Shown in pieces: positions 29,591-38,601 of a stretch of DNA of 64,000 nucleotides; position 1 is the first letter of the stretch; every line of letters begins with the position of its first letter. The translations under genes were made by a program, and so were the position numbers. This stretch comes from Bacilli bacterium. GTDB taxonomy: Bacteria > Bacillota_I > Bacilli_A > Izemoplasmatales > Hujiaoplasmataceae. Location: positions 6,531 to 70,530 of the forward strand of contig JAGYOE010000002.1 of NCBI GenBank assembly GCA_018399755.1. The letters run 5' to 3'. The notes beneath the pieces were generated by a model, which was given only the letters and a program-made list of their open reading frames with translations, did not search any database and was not told where the DNA came from.

Positions 29591-29956
29591 CTATCTACGG
29601 TTATTAAACCGGTTTCTTTTTCCTCTTCTATGTGGCAAAGAACAACTTTCGCAATCTTCTTCATCACAAAATATATAGTCTCCGCCTTCAATAATTAATA
29701 CTTTTCCATTAATAATTGCATCAGCTAATTTTTTTCTAGCATTATTATAAATTCTTTGAACTGTTGTACGCGCAACACCTAATTTTTCAGCTGATTCAGC
29801 TTGAGTTAACCCTAATTGATCCATTAATCTGATTGTTTCATATTCATCAACTAGCATTGAAACCTTTTCTAAATTGTTAGCTCTTTTACCCTTAGGTCCG
29901 TACATAAAATATTTAGGCATTTCACAAATAATGCGTGGTTTATTCGGTCTTGGCAT
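29591..29956 (-). CDS. DUF134 family HTH protein with Cys-rich tail
   Basis: MPRP..R.IC, DEYETIRLMD..GLTQ..A..GVARTT, ARKKLA.A..GK.L.IEGGDY, C-terminal CxxxxCxxC. Confidence 0.88.
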   Translation of the reverse strand: MPRPNKPRIICEMPKYFMYGPKGKRANNLEKVSMLVDEYETIRLMDQLGLTQAESAEKLGVARTTVQRIYNNARKKLADAIINGKVLIIEGGDYIFCDEEDCESCSLPHRRGKRNRFNNRR

Positions 29957-29974
29957 AACTTTCTCCTTACTTAA

Positions 29975-30005
29975 ATTATATAGTCATTCTTGACATATGT
30001 CAAGA
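29975..30005 (-). promoter_or_regulatory. Consensus SigA promoter with a perfect 18-bp palindromic operator
   Basis: Minus-strand TTGACA-17 nt-TATAAT; TCTTGACATATGTCAAGA (29988-30005) covers the -35. Confidence 0.8.
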
Positions 30006-30082
30006 TATAAAGGTAAATATAATTTTACATTTTACCTTCTCTTATAGTATAATAGATTTAATTGAAATTATCGAGGTGTTTA

Positions 30083-30394
30083 ATGGATACTATTAAAAAT
30101 TATCAAGAATTCGAAGAAAAAATCAACTCAGAATTAGTTGTGATTATCGCAAAAACTAAACATTGTGGTGTATGTAAGCCATTAACTGAAAAATTAAAAA
30201 CTTTTATGGTGGGTTATCCAAAAATACCTGCATATCAACTATATTTAGAGGATGTAGAAATATTTCAAGGTCAACATTTGGTTTTTACTGTCCCTACTGT
30301 AATTGTTTTCAGTGAGTCTAAAGAAATATTACGGGAATCTCGTTTTATTGATTTTGATAAAATTGAAAGATTATTTAAACTGTACTTGGGCTAG
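30083..30394 (+). CDS. Thioredoxin-family protein (start ATG 30083)
   Basis: HCGVCKP, VFTVPT, RESRF; GAGGTG upstream. Confidence 0.85.
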   Translation: MDTIKNYQEFEEKINSELVVIIAKTKHCGVCKPLTEKLKTFMVGYPKIPAYQLYLEDVEIFQGQHLVFTVPTVIVFSESKEILRESRFIDFDKIERLFKLYLG

Positions 30395-30397
30395 ATT

Positions 30398-31567
30398 ATG
30401 TTTTTAAGTCTAACTTTAATAATATTATTAAGTATTATAATATATGGAGTTTTTATTAAAATTCATTTACCTGGTTTACTTGCGTTTATTATTACTGGGA
30501 TAATTCTTGGTCCATTTGTGCTAGATTTAATATCTGATGATATTATAAATATTTCAGCGGACTTAAGAAAAATTGCTTTAGTAGTAATTTTAATTCGTGC
30601 TGGATTATCTTTAGATTTGACCGACCTAAAAACAGTTGGTAAATCAGCAATATTATTAAGTTTTATTCCTGCATCCGTTGAAATTATTGCGATAGGATTA
30701 ATCAGTCCCTTATTATTTGATATCACAACTATAGAAGCTTTTATTTTAGGTAGTGTAATTGCGGCTGTTTCTCCAGCAGTAATTGTTCCTAGAATGATTA
30801 ATCTAATCAACAAGAAACTTGGCACGGATAAAAAAATCCCTCAATTAGTTCTAGCTTCTTCTTCAGTTGATGATATTTTTGTTATAATAGTTTTCACTAT
30901 TTTACTACAGATTTACGAAACAAATACAGTTGAACTAAATCAAATACTATTACTGCCAATCTCATTAATTTTAGGAATTATATTAGGGGTTGTGAGTGGC
31001 TTTATATTGGTATATGTTTTTAAAAAATTCCATTTTCGCGATACCTTAAAGGTTTTATTAATTTTTGGTTGGTCATTTTTCTTGATTTATATTGAAGATT
31101 ATCTACCTATATCAGGCTTACTAGCTATAATTGCTTCAGCAATTACTATTTTAGAATTATATCCTATTTTAGCTAAACGTTTAACAAGTAAATTCTCTAA
31201 AATTTGGGTTATTGCAGAAATAATGTTATTTGTTTTAATTGGCGCAGCTGTAGATATCTTTATCTTTAAAGAAATTGGTTTACTAGCATTGTTATTAATA
31301 TTTATTGGTATAAGTTTTAGATCGATTGGGGTAATTATCAGTTTAGTAAAAACCAAGCTTAATGCAAATGAAAAAACTTTTGTTGTATTTTCTTACTTAC
31401 CAAAAGCAACTGTACAAGCCGCAATCGGCGCTATTCCACTTGCAATGGACTTGCCAAGTGGAAAATTAATATTGGCAATATCTGTATTATCCATTTTTGC
31501 AACTGCACCAATCGGCGCTATTTTAATTGATAATACCGCAAACCAACTATTAACAATATATAAATAA
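30398..31567 (+). CDS. Cation:proton antiporter (Na+/H+ exchanger family)
   Basis: About 12 TM segments; ILIRAGL, AVSPAV, SSVDD, PKATVQAAIG. Confidence 0.88.
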   Translation: MFLSLTLIILLSIIIYGVFIKIHLPGLLAFIITGIILGPFVLDLISDDIINISADLRKIALVVILIRAGLSLDLTDLKTVGKSAILLSFIPASVEIIAIGLISPLLFDITTIEAFILGSVIAAVSPAVIVPRMINLINKKLGTDKKIPQLVLASSSVDDIFVIIVFTILLQIYETNTVELNQILLLPISLILGIILGVVSGFILVYVFKKFHFRDTLKVLLIFGWSFFLIYIEDYLPISGLLAIIASAITILELYPILAKRLTSKFSKIWVIAEIMLFVLIGAAVDIFIFKEIGLLALLLIFIGISFRSIGVIISLVKTKLNANEKTFVVFSYLPKATVQAAIGAIPLAMDLPSGKLILAISVLSIFATAPIGAILIDNTANQLLTIYK

Positions 31568-31593
31568 AATCCACTTAAAAGTGGATTTTTATT
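31564..31593. terminator. Bidirectional terminator
   Basis: AAAATCCACTT-AA-AAGTGGATTTT between convergent genes. Confidence 0.75.
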
Positions 31594-32722
31594 TTGGTTT
31601 AGGGCCATAAAATTGATAATATGTCGTCTTTATTCTTCCGTTAAATAATACTCGTTTACGGTTTGCTTGCATTTTTAAATACTTTTCTAAATTTTCTTCA
31701 TCAGTAATAATATATTTTGACCATGTTTTTAATCTTCTAAATACCTTCTTCATATCTTCATATAAATCAGTTAAATTATTATCATTAGCTAATCTTGTTC
31801 CATAAGGAGGATTAGATATAATAATTCCGTAATCACCTTTATATTTTGCATATTTAAAATCACATTGTTCAAATTCAATTGTATCTAAAACTCCAGCTTC
31901 ATCAGCGTTTTCTATTGCTGCTTTTAGGTTATCTTCGTCTATATCTGAAGCTCTAATATCTAATTTAGCATTATAATCGATTTGTTTATATGCTTCTCTA
32001 ATACTAACTTGCCAAATATTTTTATCAATTAAGGGCCAGTGTTTTGATGCAAAATCTCTAGTTAAACCTGGAGCAATATTTCTGCCTATCATTGCCGCTT
32101 CAATAGGAATAGTTCCTGAACCACAAAAAACATCTTGTAAAATTCTTTCTTTATTCCAAAAACTTAAGTAAATTAATCCCGCTGCTAGAGTTTCTTTTAT
32201 TGGTGCTTTAATAGCTTGAATACGATATCCACGTTTATGTAAGGCCTCTTCACCGGTAGTATCAATTGTTAAAGTAGCTATATCATTTAAAAGCGAAACC
32301 TTTACAGTAAAATCTGGACCAGTTTCTTCAAACCAATCGATTTTATACTTTGCTTTCATTTTCTCTACTATTGCCTTCTTGACAATACTTTGTGAATCAG
32401 AAATACTGAAAAGTTTTGATTTTACAGATTGTCCTAATACGGTAAACTTACCGTTTTTAGTAATATAATAAGGCCAATTTAAATTCTTCGTTTTATCAAA
32501 AAGTTCATCAAATGTTAAAGCTTTAAACTCCCCAACTTTCAACAATACTCTATCAGCACATCTCAGCCATAAATTTGCCTTAGCAATCCCAGCTAAATCA
32601 CTATAAAAGTTCACTTTGCCATTTTCAACTGATTTTATTTCAAAATTCAATTGTTCTAGTTCGTGTTTAACCACTGCTTCTAATCCAAAAGTTGTGGTCG
32701 CAATTAATTCATATTTTTCCAT
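31589..32722 (-). CDS. THUMP-domain RNA methyltransferase (RlmL/YpsC-like)
   Basis: FGLEAV, NLWLR.ADR, LHKRGYR, APIKETLAA, FCGSGTIPIEAA, NPPYG. Confidence 0.92.
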   Translation of the reverse strand: MEKYELIATTTFGLEAVVKHELEQLNFEIKSVENGKVNFYSDLAGIAKANLWLRCADRVLLKVGEFKALTFDELFDKTKNLNWPYYITKNGKFTVLGQSVKSKLFSISDSQSIVKKAIVEKMKAKYKIDWFEETGPDFTVKVSLLNDIATLTIDTTGEEALHKRGYRIQAIKAPIKETLAAGLIYLSFWNKERILQDVFCGSGTIPIEAAMIGRNIAPGLTRDFASKHWPLIDKNIWQVSIREAYKQIDYNAKLDIRASDIDEDNLKAAIENADEAGVLDTIEFEQCDFKYAKYKGDYGIIISNPPYGTRLANDNNLTDLYEDMKKVFRRLKTWSKYIITDEENLEKYLKMQANRKRVLFNGRIKTTYYQFYGPKPK

Positions 32723-32880
32723 AATATCTTCCTTTAAAGTTATTATAACTAATATTTAAGTCTTAATCAATTTTATTCAGCTATATTTTTTTAAAATTAA
32801 TAAGCATGCTATAATAAATGTAATAGAGATTATATTTCAAATATTTATAAATTGATTTAAAATAGTCGAGGTTTAATACT

Positions 32881-32922
32881 ATGAAAACAAAGAAAAAACG
32901 ATTTAGTATTTTTAGATACTAA
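32881..32922 (+). CDS. Candidate small ORF MKTKKKRFSIFRY (13 aa)
   Basis: TGCTATAAT extended -10 at 32807-32815, GAGG at 32868-32871, ATG at 32881; overlaps a terminator hairpin. Confidence 0.25.
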   Translation: MKTKKKRFSIFRY

Positions 32923-32931
32923 ATCGTTTTT
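32894..32931. terminator. Long intrinsic terminator after the OsmC gene
   Basis: AAAAACGATTTAGTAT-TTTTAG-ATACTAAATCGTTTTT. Confidence 0.8.
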
Positions 32932-32943
32932 ATATGCAAATTA

Positions 32944-33336
32944 TTAATTAAATTCAACGTTTAATTTAATTTGGGCTGTCCGCGAAATCAATTCATGAAT
33001 TGAACAATATTGCGTTCCTAATTTTGCGCTTTTTAATAATTTTTCTTTGTCACTTGGGTTTTTAATTTCCATATTCATTTCTAAATATTGAATTACTTTT
33101 GAATCATCATCAAGTTTTTTTCCACTGACTTCTATAGATGCATTATCAAATGTTAAACGCATTTTTTTAGCAACAGAAACAAAAGTAGCATAAAAGCATG
33201 AACCTAGAGCACCAAATAATAAGTGATAAGGCATTAATCCTTTTTCACTATCGCCTAAATTTGCTTTTCCAGATGGAGATATTATCTCTCCCTTAAAATC
33301 ATAATCCCAGTTTAAATTTATTTTGTCGTAAGCCAT
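32944..33336 (-). CDS. OsmC/Ohr family protein
   Basis: PYHLLFGALGSC and YCSI, the two conserved Cys. Confidence 0.8.
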   Translation of the reverse strand: MAYDKINLNWDYDFKGEIISPSGKANLGDSEKGLMPYHLLFGALGSCFYATFVSVAKKMRLTFDNASIEVSGKKLDDDSKVIQYLEMNMEIKNPSDKEKLLKSAKLGTQYCSIHELISRTAQIKLNVEFN

Positions 33337-33443
33337 TTTTCCACCTCAAAAACATTATACTATATTCAATTGTAAAATGCTAATAATTAGCCTAGTTACA
33401 ATAAATTAAATTTATCACAATTTTTAACAATTTATGGTTTATT

Positions 33444-33466
33444 TGTAAGCGCTTTAGTGTTATAAT
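33444..33466 (+). promoter_or_regulatory. cre-like site abutting the extended -10 of the arcB-orr operon
   Basis: TGTAAGCGCTTTAG followed directly by TGTTATAAT. Confidence 0.6.
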
Positions 33467-33515
33467 CTAGTTGTTATGTTTTACGGATATTTAGATACTT
33501 ATAAGGAGGAAAATA

Positions 33516-34517
33516 ATGATCGAAAAATTAACAGGAAGAAGTTTTCTAACTCTATTGAATTATACTACTGAAGAGATACAAAAACTTCTTAATTTAGCAG
33601 GTGAACTAAAGGCAAAAAAACACGCAGGTATTGTTTTTGAACCTTTAAAAGGGAAAAACATAGTATTATTATTTGAAAAGGATTCTACTAGAACAAGATG
33701 CGCATTTCAAGCTGGTGGAAATGATTTAGGTATGAATGTTACTTATCTTGGCCCTACTGGCTCACAAATGGGTAAAAAAGAAAGTATTAAAGATACCGCT
33801 AGAGTATTAGGTAGAATGTATGATGGAATTGAATATCGTGGTTATAAACAAGAAACTGTAGAAATTTTAGCGGAATATTCTAATGTACCAGTATGGAATG
33901 GTTTAACCGATTTATATCATCCTACCCAAATACTTGCGGACTTTTTAACTATTATTGAAAAATTTGGTAACTTAAAAGGAATCAATTTTTCTTATTTTGG
34001 CGACGCAAGAAATAATATGGGTAATTCTTTAATGATTGGGGCAGCTAAAATGGGAATGAATTTCACTGCTGTAGCTCCAAAAGAATTATGGCCAAATGAA
34101 GATCTTGTAAAAAAATGTCGCGAAATTGCTAAAGAAACTAATGCGAGTATTAATTTAACTGAAAATGTTGAAGAGGGCGCTAAATCAGCGGATGTAATCT
34201 ATACTGATGTATGGGTATCTATGGGTGAACCTGAACATGTTTGGAAAGAACGAATTGATAAGTTATATCCTTATCAAATTAATAAAAAAGTAATGGAGTT
34301 AGCTGGTAAAGATAGTATTTTTATGCATTGCTTACCTGCTTTCCATAACCGTGATACAATTATTGGCGAAGATATTTATAATAAATTTAATTTACCTGCT
34401 TTAGAGGTAACTGAAGAAGTTTTTGAATCTAGTCAATCAGTTGTTTTTGATGAAGCAGAAAATAGACTTCATACAATAAAAGCTGTAATGTACGCTACCT
34501 TAGGTGATGACAAATGA
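33516..34517 (+). CDS. arcB: Ornithine carbamoyltransferase (catabolic context)
   Basis: [25 protein letters not shown]; followed by carbamate kinase. Confidence 0.95.
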   Translation: MIEKLTGRSFLTLLNYTTEEIQKLLNLAGELKAKKHAGIVFEPLKGKNIVLLFEKDSTRTRCAFQAGGNDLGMNVTYLGPTGSQMGKKESIKDTARVLGRMYDGIEYRGYKQETVEILAEYSNVPVWNGLTDLYHPTQILADFLTIIEKFGNLKGINFSYFGDARNNMGNSLMIGAAKMGMNFTAVAPKELWPNEDLVKKCREIAKETNASINLTENVEEGAKSADVIYTDVWVSMGEPEHVWKERIDKLYPYQINKKVMELAGKDSIFMHCLPAFHNRDTIIGEDIYNKFNLPALEVTEEVFESSQSVVFDEAENRLHTIKAVMYATLGDDK

Positions 34518-35455
34518 AAAAAATTGTAGTTGCTTTAGGAGGAAATGCCCTAGGAAATAACCCAAAAGAACAATTAGAACAAGTAAAACATGCCGCAAAG
34601 GCAATTGTTGATTTAGTTAGTGAAGGTAATGAAGTTATTATCGCTCATGGAAATGGCCCACAAGTTGGTATGATAAATAGCGCTTTTGCGGAAAGTCATT
34701 TAGTAGATGTTAATAATCCCGAAATGCCTTTTCCAGAATCTGGAGCTATGAGTCAAGGTTATATCGGTTATCATTTACAAAATGCAATAACCACTGAATT
34801 AAAAAACAAAAAATTAACTAAAAACGTCGCAACTATTATTACTCAAGTTGTTGTAGATAAAGAAGATCAAGCATTTAAAAATCCTACCAAACCTATTGGT
34901 AACTTTGTAAATCTTGAAACTGCAAAAACTTTAGAAAAAGAAAAACAATATATTATGGTTGAAGACGCTAATCGAGGATATCGTAGAGTTGTACCTAGTC
35001 CTAAACCAAAAGGCATAGTTGAAATCGATATAATCAAAACCCTTGTAGAAGCAAACCATTTAGTTATTACAGTTGGTGGTGGGGGAATTCCCGTAATACA
35101 AGAAGACAATAAATATATTGGTGTTCCAGCCGTAATTGATAAAGATTTTGCAAGTGCAAAATTAGCTGATTTATTGGATAGTGATATGTTGATAATTTTA
35201 ACTGCTGTTAGTAAAGTTAAACTTAACTTTGGCAAACCATACGAAAAAGATTTATCAACACTAACAATTTCAGAAATTGATGATCATATTGCAAATAATG
35301 AATTTTCTCCCGGTTCAATGTTACCAAAAATTGAAGCTTGTAGAACTTTTGTAAAAGGCAATAAAAAAAGAGTAGCTTTAATCGCTGCTTTAGAAGAAGC
35401 TAAAGAAGCCTTGTTAGGAAAAACTGGCACAAGGATTACAGGTGATAATAAATGA
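34514..35455 (+). CDS. arcC: Carbamate kinase
   Basis: [40 protein letters not shown]. Confidence 0.98.
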   Translation: MKKIVVALGGNALGNNPKEQLEQVKHAAKAIVDLVSEGNEVIIAHGNGPQVGMINSAFAESHLVDVNNPEMPFPESGAMSQGYIGYHLQNAITTELKNKKLTKNVATIITQVVVDKEDQAFKNPTKPIGNFVNLETAKTLEKEKQYIMVEDANRGYRRVVPSPKPKGIVEIDIIKTLVEANHLVITVGGGGIPVIQEDNKYIGVPAVIDKDFASAKLADLLDSDMLIILTAVSKVKLNFGKPYEKDLSTLTISEIDDHIANNEFSPGSMLPKIEACRTFVKGNKKRVALIAALEEAKEALLGKTGTRITGDNK

Positions 35456-36507
35456 GAAAAGATAAAGTAAAAGTTGCAATCTGGGGATTTGGAGCTATGG
35501 GTTCAGGCATGGCGAAAATGATTCTAAATAAACAAGGTTTTGAAATAGTTGGTGTTTGCGATTTATATGAAGGTTATATTGGCAAAAGCATCTTTTCAAT
35601 TCTTAAACTAGATAATCCTCAAGATAATGATGTAATTATTTCAAATAATATTGAATCAATCTTAACTGAAAAGAAACCTGATATTGTTTTATTAGCTACA
35701 GATTCTTTTACTAAAAGTGCTTATCCTAAAATCAAAACTATTATTAACCATAAAGTTAATTGTATATCAACTGCCGAAGAAATGGCTTATCCAAAAGCAA
35801 ACGAACCAGAACTTACTAAAGAAATGGATAAACTTGCCAAAAAGAATGGTGTTAGTATCTTAGGTACAGGAGTTAATCCTGGAATGATGATGGATTTATT
35901 AGCAGTTTGTATTAGCGGTGTAATGGAAGATGTTAAAGATATGAAAATATCAAGAATTAATTCCTTATCCCCTTTTGGTAAAACCGTTATGGAAGAACAA
36001 GGCGTAGGATTAACTGTAGCTGAATTTAATAAAAGATTAAAATCAGGCAATATGGCTGGGCATGTTGGCTTTAAAGAATCAAGTTTCATGATAGCTGATG
36101 CATTAGGTTTAGAAGTTGATGATTTTAATCAACAAATGAAACCGATAATAACTGATATTGACCGTAAATCTCCACATGGTTTTGCAGCAAAAGGTGATGT
36201 ATGCGGCGTAGAAATGTCTGCTAAAACAAAATTAAATAATAAAACAATAATAGATATGTACCATCCGCAACAAATTGAACCAGAGATGGTTGGTACTTCT
36301 ACTGGCGACTATATAAAAATTAATGGCACACCAGAAATTAATCTTTCTAATGTTCCTGAAGTTGAAGGAGGAATAGGCACAATTGCAATTTGTGTAAATA
36401 TGATTCCTCATGTAATAAATGCAAAACCAGGATTAAAAACAATGATTGATTTACCTGTCCCAAGAGCAATTATGGGTGATGTTAGAAATATGCTTGATGA
36501 GGAGTGA
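35452..36507 (+). CDS. ord: 2,4-diaminopentanoate dehydrogenase
   Basis: WGFGAMGSG, TAEEM.YP, GTGVNPG, GHVGF.ES; position in the ornithine cluster. Confidence 0.92.
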   Translation: MRKDKVKVAIWGFGAMGSGMAKMILNKQGFEIVGVCDLYEGYIGKSIFSILKLDNPQDNDVIISNNIESILTEKKPDIVLLATDSFTKSAYPKIKTIINHKVNCISTAEEMAYPKANEPELTKEMDKLAKKNGVSILGTGVNPGMMMDLLAVCISGVMEDVKDMKISRINSLSPFGKTVMEEQGVGLTVAEFNKRLKSGNMAGHVGFKESSFMIADALGLEVDDFNQQMKPIITDIDRKSPHGFAAKGDVCGVEMSAKTKLNNKTIIDMYHPQQIEPEMVGTSTGDYIKINGTPEINLSNVPEVEGGIGTIAICVNMIPHVINAKPGLKTMIDLPVPRAIMGDVRNMLDEE

Positions 36508-36511
36508 TAAT

Positions 36512-36820
36512 TTGATTAAAAAAGATAGTTGGGTTCTTATTGAAAAAGAAATACTAAGCCCTAATGAAAGATCTAATAATTTACCAGAGGAAACAAAAAA
36601 AGTTCCCTTAATAATGTGGGTAAAAGGATATTTGTTAAACGATAGCAATCTCAATGAAATTGTTAAAGTAAAAACTTTGACCGGAAGAATTGAATCTGGC
36701 AAACTAAAACAAGTAAATCCTGCTTATATGCATACATACGGTGAATTTATTCCTGAATTATTAAAAATCGATCAAATAGTTAAGTCTGAATTAAAGGACG
36801 GTGATGATAATGATGGATAA
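36512..36820 (+). CDS. ortA: 2-amino-4-ketopentanoate thiolase alpha subunit (TTG start 36512)
   Basis: WV.I...L.P.ER..LPEETK.VPL.MWVKG.L, T.TGR, NP.Y.H..G; GAGGAG upstream. Confidence 0.9.
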   Translation: MIKKDSWVLIEKEILSPNERSNNLPEETKKVPLIMWVKGYLLNDSNLNEIVKVKTLTGRIESGKLKQVNPAYMHTYGEFIPELLKIDQIVKSELKDGDDNDG

Positions 36821-38225
36821 TTCTTATAACGCTGTTATGGCTAGAAAAAACAATATTATGCGCAAATCAGTAGGTATTGACTATGATAAATACGAACAAG
36901 ATTACTTAAGTTTCGATTATGAAAAAATGCTTAAAGACTGTAATTTTTCCTTATCTGAAATCAAAAAAATTCAATTAGAAAACGGTGTAGGTAATACACC
37001 GCTTAAAGAATGCAAAAATATAACAAAACTTGCTCGTAAAGTCGCAAAAAAAGGATATGGAGCACGTATTTTTATTAAAGATGAAGCTTTAAATGATTCA
37101 GGTAGTTTTAAAGCAAGACGCGCTAGTATATCATGTTATCAAGCAAAAAAACTCGGCTATAAAGGCGTCATCGCCGCTACTTCTGGTAATTATGGTGCTG
37201 CAGTAGCTTCTCAAGCTGCTAAATACGGTTTGAAATGTATTATTGTTCAAGAATGTTATGATTCTCAAGGTATTGGTCAACCAGAAATTATTGAAAAGGC
37301 AAGAGCATGTGAAGCTTACGGAGCTGAAGTTGTCCAATTAAGTGTTGGCCCTGAATTATTCTATAAATTTTTACTTTTATTAGAAGAAACAGAATATTTT
37401 AATGCATCTTTATATACCCCTTATGGAATAATGGGAATTGAATCATTAGGTGCAGAACTTGTTGAAGATTCAATAAATTTAACTGGCAAAGAGCCAGATA
37501 TGGTTGTTGTAACTAATGCTGGTGGCGGTAATCTTACTGGAACTGCTAGAGGAATAAAAAAGGTTACTGATAAAAATATCGAAATTGTCGGTTCAAGTGT
37601 AAATTTGAAAGGTTTACATATGGCAAGTGATACTGATTTCAATAAGAAATCATTCACCACTGGACACACTGGCTTTGGTATTCCTTTTATTATGAACCCG
37701 GATCGCTCAGATGTTCCTAGATCAGCCGCTAGAGCCCTTAGATACATTGACAGATATGTTACCGTCAATCAAGGCGAAGTATTCTTTATAACAGAAGCTC
37801 TTGCTGTTTTAGAGGGTATTGAAAGAGGTCCTGCTGGTAATACTTCTTTAGCTGCAGCTTTTTCTTTAGCCCAAGAACTTAAAGAAGATCAAATTATAGT
37901 TGTCCAAGAAACCGAATATACTAGTGCTGGAAAACATCACCAAGCACAACTAGCGTTTGCTAGAAAAAATGGTATAAATATTTACTTTGGTAACCCTCAA
38001 GAAGAAATACCAGGAAAATCAATTGTATTTCCTGATAATATTAGAAAAATTAAAGCAAAAGATTTAAATCTTGAAACGATTAAAAGGAAGTATATTATTA
38101 ACCATTTAAACGGTTATAAAACTATTTCCAGAAAAGATATAGAATTTTTAGCAATAGAAACGAACTCTTCTGCTAAATTTGTTAAAGAAATCGTACAGAA
38201 AAATAATATTAAAGTGGAGGAATAA
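36810..38225 (+). CDS. ortB: 2-amino-4-ketopentanoate thiolase beta subunit (PLP; start 36810 or 36813)
   Basis: GNTPL, KDEALNDSGSFKARR, ATSGNYG, GGGNLTG, QETEY. Confidence 0.93.
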   Translation: MMDNSYNAVMARKNNIMRKSVGIDYDKYEQDYLSFDYEKMLKDCNFSLSEIKKIQLENGVGNTPLKECKNITKLARKVAKKGYGARIFIKDEALNDSGSFKARRASISCYQAKKLGYKGVIAATSGNYGAAVASQAAKYGLKCIIVQECYDSQGIGQPEIIEKARACEAYGAEVVQLSVGPELFYKFLLLLEETEYFNASLYTPYGIMGIESLGAELVEDSINLTGKEPDMVVVTNAGGGNLTGTARGIKKVTDKNIEIVGSSVNLKGLHMASDTDFNKKSFTTGHTGFGIPFIMNPDRSDVPRSAARALRYIDRYVTVNQGEVFFITEALAVLEGIERGPAGNTSLAAAFSLAQELKEDQIIVVQETEYTSAGKHHQAQLAFARKNGINIYFGNPQEEIPGKSIVFPDNIRKIKAKDLNLETIKRKYIINHLNGYKTISRKDIEFLAIETNSSAKFVKEIVQKNNIKVEE

Positions 38226-38226
38226 T

Positions 38227-38601
38227 ATGCAAAAAAAGAATGTAAGACCAGATGATTTTGAAAAACGCAGAAAGCACTTAAAGAATCTATCTGATGCCAA
38301 ATTAAAACAAAAATTTTGGGAATTAGCAGAAAAAACTGTTGACCCATTAGTAAAACTAGCTTATAAAAATACAACTCCAGCAATTGAAAGATCAGTGCTT
38401 TTAAGAATGGGTTTTTCTAGTTTAGAAGCAAAAGCTTTAGTAGAAAAAACCATAAAGCACGGATTAATTTCAAAAGGCGCTGGACATGTAGTTTACCGTT
38501 TATCTAAAATTAAAAACCTTGAAATTAGAGATGCTGGATTAGCGCTTATTAAAGATAAATACTGGAAAATGGTTAAGGATAGTTTTGAGGTGAAAAAATG
38601 A
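38227..38601 (+). CDS. oraS: D-ornithine 4,5-aminomutase alpha (S) subunit (start ATG 38227)
   Basis: R.DDFE.RR.HL, FWELA, TTPAIERSVLLRMGFSSLE, KGAGH. Confidence 0.93.
   Translation: MQKKNVRPDDFEKRRKHLKNLSDAKLKQKFWELAEKTVDPLVKLAYKNTTPAIERSVLLRMGFSSLEAKALVEKTIKHGLISKGAGHVVYRLSKIKNLEIRDAGLALIKDKYWKMVKDSFEVKK

Noticed and set aside
32723-32943. Possible rnpB (RNase P RNA), which precedes ypsC in Bacillus
   Set aside because: The spacer is too short and AT-rich and lacks the GAGGAAAGUCC and ACAGAA/ACAAAA..GGCUUA conserved elements
33360-33435. Rex or ArgR boxes upstream of arcB
   Set aside because: Only partial AT-rich matches (TTGTGATAAA, TTGTTAAAAA); no convincing full palindrome
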